Virus record (IMG/VR): IMGVR_UViG_3300042261_001186
Coordinates: 32,001 to 96,000 of that record
Origin: a virus
Length of the DNA: 64,000 nt
Reading direction: 5' to 3' (one strand)
Within the stretch, counting starts at the first letter, position 1. Each line of letters opens with the position of its first letter. The position numbers and the translations under genes were made by a program. Positions 58,495 to 64,000 of the stretch are shown here, one piece after another. Below the pieces are notes generated by a model, which was not told the origin of the DNA, did not search any database, and worked only from the letters and a program-made list of their open reading frames with translations.

Positions 58495-58551
58495 AAAATA
58501 TTTTTTATTTTATATAAATAATTTCAAGAGGAAAGTTTAATATATAGTGAT

Positions 58552-58818
58552 ATGATTAAACTATTTGAGGAATTTAATAAAAAGAAAGAAATAGACCCTT
58601 CAGATGCTTCTAAATGGAAAGTTGGAGATACAATTATTTGTACAAACAAAGGTAGAGGTAAAAGATTAGAAATAGGAAAAGAATATAAGATATTTGACAT
58701 AACTAAACCTTCTGGACAAGCAGTAATGATAAAAGGAGATTATACTTATTATAGTACAAAATATTTTATTAAGAAATTCAAAGATAAAATAAAAGAAGAA
58801 GACATAGAATGGTTCTAA
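58552..58818 (+). CDS. Leader + SH3-like domain + EEDIEWF tail
   Basis: MIKLFEEF; WKVGDTIIC; IKEEDIEWF*. Confidence 0.62.
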   Translation: MIKLFEEFNKKKEIDPSDASKWKVGDTIICTNKGRGKRLEIGKEYKIFDITKPSGQAVMIKGDYTYYSTKYFIKKFKDKIKEEDIEWF

Positions 58819-59348
58819 ATTATAAAAAATATAATGAATCTATTTACGAAGATTTTAAAATTGGTGATAGAGTCATCACGAAAGATTTATGGAAATTTAG
58901 TAATAAGTATGCAACTATTGTAAGGATAGATCATGGTGGTGATAAATATTGTATAGAATTTGATGAATTTATTGATGGACATAGTTGTTCAGGTAAGGGG
59001 AAAAAAGGACATTGTACTAATGCAAGTATTAAAAATTTAATTAAAATTGAAAAAGAAGAACCTATAAAAGAAGAAGATATAGAATGGTTTGAATCACTTA
59101 AACCAATGAATGAAAGTTTTGAGATAGGTGACATAGTGGTTTGCTTGGAGACAAAGAATGACAATAAAGGTAGGTTGAATTTCTTGGAAGGTAAAGAATA
59201 TCAATTGTTAAGGGGAATGGGAGACAAATATTTGTTTATTCAAGGGGAACAGAGAAACCTTGAATTATTTAGAAAAGATACTATACACAAATATTTTAAA
59301 AAAGTTGATATAAGTAATATAAAAGAAGAAGATATAGAATGGTTCTAA
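58809..59348 (+). CDS. Two-module protein, each module SH3-like and ending EEDIEWF
   Basis: YNE/S..FKIGD..EEDIEWFE/S..MNE/SFEIGD..EEDIEWF*. Confidence 0.65.
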   Translation: MVLNYKKYNESIYEDFKIGDRVITKDLWKFSNKYATIVRIDHGGDKYCIEFDEFIDGHSCSGKGKKGHCTNASIKNLIKIEKEEPIKEEDIEWFESLKPMNESFEIGDIVVCLETKNDNKGRLNFLEGKEYQLLRGMGDKYLFIQGEQRNLELFRKDTIHKYFKKVDISNIKEEDIEWF

Positions 59349-59692
59349 ATTATAAACAATTTAATGAAGGTAGATTTAATCCTTTTAGAAAAAAAATAAA
59401 TAATTTTATACCAAAACCACCAAAGTTTGTTAAACATTCAGATATAGATCCATATGGGGAAGAAGATTGGAATGATGGTAAATATCAAATGGGTGAAGAT
59501 CTTGTTGCTGTTAGAAATTTATATTATACCAAAGATGATGCCCCATTAATAACTAAAAACAAAGTATATAAAATCATAGATAAATTTGTGGAATATGAAC
59601 ATATAAGATATACTTTTATAAGTGATAAGGGGATAGAACACACATTGACAGAGGATTCAATGAAATTGAATTTTAAAAAGATACCACTTTAA
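59339..59692 (+). CDS. Leader + tag + SH3-like domain
   Basis: MVLNYKQFNE/G; HSDIDPYGEEDW. Confidence 0.62.
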   Translation: MVLNYKQFNEGRFNPFRKKINNFIPKPPKFVKHSDIDPYGEEDWNDGKYQMGEDLVAVRNLYYTKDDAPLITKNKVYKIIDKFVEYEHIRYTFISDKGIEHTLTEDSMKLNFKKIPL

Positions 59693-60002
59693 AGTCTTTC
59701 CTATATATTTTGGCATATTTATTAGGAAAATCATATTTAGATTTTATCACAATATAATCATCTTTTATTTCTACAACATTAACAATATAAAGTCTTTCTT
59801 TTTCCATAGTAGAGGTTCCTTCAATTTTATCATATAAATTTCCAGTATCATCATTCCAGACTGGTGAATAAAAAATTAATTTTATATCATTAAGTGGTAC
59901 TATTTCATTTTCTCCTCTAACGACAACATCATCATCCCAATTTTCTTCATCAAATGGGTCATTCTCATTATATTGTTCAAATGTTTTAATCTTTGATTTC
60001 AT
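59673..60002 (-). CDS. Leader + tag hypothetical protein
   Basis: KIKTFEQYNE/NDPFDEENW. Confidence 0.6.
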   Translation of the reverse strand: MKSKIKTFEQYNENDPFDEENWDDDVVVRGENEIVPLNDIKLIFYSPVWNDDTGNLYDKIEGTSTMEKERLYIVNVVEIKDDYIVIKSKYDFPNKYAKIYRKDFKVVSF

Positions 60003-60288
60003 ATTGATTGTCTTTTAGTTTAAAATAAAAGTTATTAGCTTTGAATATTGTATATTTTCCAGGTTCTGTGTAATTTACAATTTCATGGTTTGTTTTTTCA
60101 TATTTTTTAATTACTTCAGCATTCAAATATTCTAAATAATAAATTTTAGTGTATTCAATATGACGACTTCTTTCACAATCATCTATAGTTTTATAAAATT
60201 CAATATTAACAAGTCCTTTTACATATACATGTTTTGGATTATCATCCCAATTCTCTTCATCATAAGGATCTAATTCATTGTATACAGA
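59986..60288 (-). pseudogene. Fourth module of the 60289 polyprotein, cut off by an in-frame TAA
   Basis: LN*SVYNELDPYDEENW + 100 open codons with no ATG. Confidence 0.75.
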
Positions 60289-61134
60289 TTAATTTAAACC
60301 AAATTCTCCTTTAAGAAACATAATTCCATTTCTATAATAACTATTTCTATTTGGATTTTTATCAAAAAATTCCTCTGCATCATTTCTAATAATTTCTATT
60401 ATTTCTTCTTTAGTTAACCAATGTCCTTTCCAAGCATATTGAGGTTTAATTTTAGGCCAAGATTCTTCTCCCCAATTCTCTTCATTATATGGGTCTATTT
60501 CATTGGATTCATTAACTATTCTATCAAAATGAATATCAAAATCATATTTAGCAAAAACATATTTATATGGGTGTCCTTGTACAATTCCTATCATAACAAT
60601 ATATTGATTATCTTCTTTGAAAATTTCATAATCTCTGTTACTGTGGAATATCCAATGTAAACCATTAGTAGTATGAACATCTCTTTTACAATGAGCATAA
60701 TGTTTTTTGTCTTCATCCCAATTCTCTTCATCATAAGGATCTATTTCATTATGTGTACTTTCAATGAAAAGTTCAGGATTTTCCATATATTTACCATTTT
60801 TAAGGTCATTAAAAGAGTTTTTGAGATATATCCTATTTAAGGAATAGTAGATTTCATGAATGAAATCCTGTTTTTGGTTCGGTGTCAATCCAATTGTATC
60901 AGACAATGAATCTAGGTAATGCTTTGTTTTTATGTAAACTTCAGTTTTATCGATTGTAGTCATGTATTCTTCTTGAAGATCGAATAGACCTTTTATTTCA
61001 TCATCATTCAAACCTATTCTCCTAAGCCAATTTACTAATCTTTCTTTATATCGTCTTGGTTCATATTGACTTTCCCTCCAATTTTCTTCATTGTAAGGAT
61101 CTATTTCATTGAAATCTTCAAATAGTTTAATCAT
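60289..61134 (-). CDS. Three-module tagged polyprotein
   Basis: Three NEIDPYxEENW tags after FE/FNE, FIE/S and VNE/S. Confidence 0.75.
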   Translation of the reverse strand: MIKLFEDFNEIDPYNEENWRESQYEPRRYKERLVNWLRRIGLNDDEIKGLFDLQEEYMTTIDKTEVYIKTKHYLDSLSDTIGLTPNQKQDFIHEIYYSLNRIYLKNSFNDLKNGKYMENPELFIESTHNEIDPYDEENWDEDKKHYAHCKRDVHTTNGLHWIFHSNRDYEIFKEDNQYIVMIGIVQGHPYKYVFAKYDFDIHFDRIVNESNEIDPYNEENWGEESWPKIKPQYAWKGHWLTKEEIIEIIRNDAEEFFDKNPNRNSYYRNGIMFLKGEFGLN

Positions 61135-61367
61135 TTCTTTATAAAATACTTTTTAGTCTCCTCATCACTGAAAAGTAATTCTTTACCCCTATCATTAAAA
61201 ACAGAATTAAAATGTTGTTTAGTATATTGAGCAGGAACTATTCTATCTATCATATAAGTATTACCTTTTGTAAAATTAAAATAAAACTCTTTAGCAATTA
61301 GTAAATCACCTTCATTATAAGTTTCATCACCCCATTCTTCTTCATTGAAAGGGTCTACTTCACTAAT
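61131..61367 (-). pseudogene. Out-of-frame terminal module of the 61363 polyprotein
   Basis: SEVDPFNEEEWGDETYNEGDLLIAK..KKYFIKK*, +1 frame after VN*. Confidence 0.7.
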
Positions 61368-63870
61368 TCACATTTGGTTTCATATAATTTAATGTCTTAT
61401 CCAATTTTTCTTTATCTAAATATTTTTCTATTTCTTCTTCGGTGGCTCTCCTGTGCCATCTATCATCATAGTTTGTTTGGCAAGTTGGTACTTTTCCTTT
61501 GTTTGGAGACCTTTTGTCAACTTCCCATATGTACCTTCTGCTAGCAACACCATTGTAGTGCATATGTAGGACAACATGAATCATAGGTTTACATTGGCCA
61601 AAACCGACTATGAAAGGGGAATACATAATGTAAAAAAATTCTTCATCATCATCCCAATCATCTTCACCATATGGGTCAACTTCACTATATACTGATTCTT
61701 TGAACATTTCTGGTTTATCTATATATCTTCCACCTTTTAAATACAACCAATGATTGTTTACATAAAGTCTATATAAACTTCCAAAAATATCTGTTAAAAA
61801 TTGTAATCTAGGATTACCATCAGTTAATATTGAACCATATAAATCTAATTTATCTGCTAATGTATCAACATATTTCCTGAACCTATCATATGCTATGTCA
61901 TATGGACTATTTTCTTTATTATAATAAAGTTCATATTCTTTAAAAAGATCTTTTATTTCATCTTCATCAAGTCCTATTTTTCTTAACCAATCTATGACTT
62001 TTTCATCTTTTCCTTTAGGTATATAATTATATTTCCAATTTTCTTCTTCAAATGGGTCAACATCACTATGATTTTCATTTATTCTTTTTGTGAAACGTGG
62101 ATCAGTGTACCCACCATCATACCAATAATGATCTTTATTTTTTATTTTTATCATTAATACGCCTTCGTCATTCACATACTTGTTTTCTATTTCATAGATA
62201 TCTTTATTATTGAAATAACTATTAGGTGTTGCTAACCATTTAACTTTGTCACCTATTTTAAAATTATCATAATCTATGTCATCCCAATCTTCTTCATTAT
62301 AAGGATCTACTTCTTCTTTGTTTTCATTTATAACATTTAAAATTGTGAATGAACTAATAGGTATTTCATAAAATTCCATTTCTCCTGCTGTTTTAAATTT
62401 ATCAAAAGTGAATTCAATATAATCTCCTTTTTGTTCAGTTATATTAATAATATATTTTTGATTTCTGTTTAAATGTAGATAATTGCCACCATGATAATAT
62501 ACATAAAAATCCTGGTCTTGATTATTCCAGTTGTATCTATAGGCAGGTGTTTCTTGATCTTTCAACATTAAAATTTCACATTCTCCAATAGGTATTTCAA
62601 CATCATTCCAATCTTCTTCACTATATGGGTCTACATCTAAATGACTTTCATTTATTATTTTGGTAAAATAATTACCTATATTACCATAATGGAAAATTAC
62701 TCTAGCATTAGCATCATTCCTCACATAAAGATAATGATCTGGATGTAGTTTACTAAGTTCAATTACTTCATATGTCTTACCTACATAAAAATGTAACCCT
62801 CCTATTTGTCTGATACATTTCAATTTGTCACCGACTTTGTATGTTGGTCCATATTCCCAGTTATCAACATCATCTATTTTTTTACCTAAAACCCACCATT
62901 TATCATTACTTTCATTGAGTTTTTTGATAAATAATTCAGGATGCCAACCTCTGTCAATATCAAATTTATTATTTTTCTTAACTGGTTCTACATTAATATA
63001 ATATGTTTTAAATCCATGTGGTTTATAAACATCAAGTACAACATAATCATATCCTTTTTGTAAATATTTTGGTCCCATATTATGTCCATCAATACAAGTG
63101 ACTATATCACCTATATCAAAAGGACCTTTTTCTTCTATTTCATTCCAATCTTCTTCACTAAATGAATCGACATCCAAATGTGATTCATTGAGTTTCTTTT
63201 TTTGTAATTTGAAATCGAATTCAACAAGTTCCCACTTTTCAATCCACCTACCTTGACTGATAAAGTATTTTATAGTTTTGTAATATTCTGGGTCCCTTAT
63301 TTCCTTTATTTCCCCCATATATACACCATCCCAATCATAAATTATATCTCCTATGTTTATTTCAGTATCTATATTTATTTCAGATATTTCTTCATTTCCA
63401 TCCCAATTATCCTCACCTAATGGATCAATATCCAAATGTGATTCAAGTAAATCTTCAATCCAATCTTCTTCACCATATGGATCATTTTCACTTATTACTG
63501 AAGTTGGTTTTATCAATATGTCATCTAAATTCAAAAACCTTTCACGTATGGTTCCATATCTACTTTTGTAATTTATTCTTATGGGGTATTTAATTAAATG
63601 TGTTGACCCTACTTCTTTATCTTTAGTTTTTTCAAAAGAAATTGGAATTATTTTTTCATCAACAAAAAGTCTTATGTTATGTCTGTCCACAGGGTGTTCT
63701 TTACCATAAAAATGAACTTCTTCTAATGTAAAATTTTCATTTAAATAATATATGACTTTATCCAAATCTCCAAACTTATCATAAATGTCCATTATCTTGA
63801 CTTTCATAACTCGTTCTTTGTCAAAATCAAAACTTAATTGAGTTTCATATGTTTTGAAACGTTTAATCAT
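61363..63870 (-). CDS. 835-aa tagged polyprotein of about 8 small modules
   Basis: Seven D[PS]xxE[ED]xW tags; linkers LLE/S, LNE/S x2, INE/S, INE/N x2, FKE/S. Confidence 0.8.
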   Translation of the reverse strand: MIKRFKTYETQLSFDFDKERVMKVKIMDIYDKFGDLDKVIYYLNENFTLEEVHFYGKEHPVDRHNIRLFVDEKIIPISFEKTKDKEVGSTHLIKYPIRINYKSRYGTIRERFLNLDDILIKPTSVISENDPYGEEDWIEDLLESHLDIDPLGEDNWDGNEEISEINIDTEINIGDIIYDWDGVYMGEIKEIRDPEYYKTIKYFISQGRWIEKWELVEFDFKLQKKKLNESHLDVDSFSEEDWNEIEEKGPFDIGDIVTCIDGHNMGPKYLQKGYDYVVLDVYKPHGFKTYYINVEPVKKNNKFDIDRGWHPELFIKKLNESNDKWWVLGKKIDDVDNWEYGPTYKVGDKLKCIRQIGGLHFYVGKTYEVIELSKLHPDHYLYVRNDANARVIFHYGNIGNYFTKIINESHLDVDPYSEEDWNDVEIPIGECEILMLKDQETPAYRYNWNNQDQDFYVYYHGGNYLHLNRNQKYIINITEQKGDYIEFTFDKFKTAGEMEFYEIPISSFTILNVINENKEEVDPYNEEDWDDIDYDNFKIGDKVKWLATPNSYFNNKDIYEIENKYVNDEGVLMIKIKNKDHYWYDGGYTDPRFTKRINENHSDVDPFEEENWKYNYIPKGKDEKVIDWLRKIGLDEDEIKDLFKEYELYYNKENSPYDIAYDRFRKYVDTLADKLDLYGSILTDGNPRLQFLTDIFGSLYRLYVNNHWLYLKGGRYIDKPEMFKESVYSEVDPYGEDDWDDDEEFFYIMYSPFIVGFGQCKPMIHVVLHMHYNGVASRRYIWEVDKRSPNKGKVPTCQTNYDDRWHRRATEEEIEKYLDKEKLDKTLNYMKPNVN

Positions 63871-64000
63871 AAACCTATATATTAAATTTTTTAAAGAACT
63901 TTTTTAATTTTATATATACATATAATAAAAAATAATCAATTTAATTATGTATATCTGGAACGACATTATATCACGCGATAAGCATTCTAAAATATTTGAA

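Noticed and set aside
59986-61380. Genome-wide stop-codon reassignment (e.g. TAG to Gln)
   Set aside because: Conserved genes are intact in code 11 and end in TAA, TAG or TGA; the TAG at 61363 is followed directly by TGA
59673-63870. Diversity-generating retroelement or integron
   Set aside because: No reverse transcriptase, template/variable repeat pair, integrase or attC-like palindromes in the window

Overview
AT-rich 64-kb segment of a large T4-like (jumbo-type) tailed phage genome using the standard genetic code. The host is probably Bacteroidota, judged from TAnnTTTG host-type promoters and A-rich starts without Shine-Dalgarno sites. Core genes: a head module (gp55-like late sigma, gp4, gp2, gp20 portal, gp21 protease fused to a repeat-rich scaffold, gp23), the N-terminal half of a split family-B DNA polymerase, a DinG-like helicase, RtcB, a Clp AAA+ ATPase, an amidase, tmRNA and an M.SssI-like CpG methyltransferase in a visibly CpG-poor genome. 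The most striking feature is a modular cargo system. About 35 late genes start with a T4 internal-protein-like capsid-targeting leader ending in Glu. About 23 copies of an acidic tag (D-P-[YFL]-x-E-E-x-W) occur, mostly just behind putative prohead-protease sites ([ILV]NE/S), including in polyproteins made of many tag plus small-domain modules. A second family carries a C-terminal [ED]-[ED]-[DN]-I-E-W-[FYV] tail whose DNA often doubles as the start of the next gene. Modules appear to be shuffled, silenced and decaying. All assignments come from motif recognition by eye; no database searches were run.
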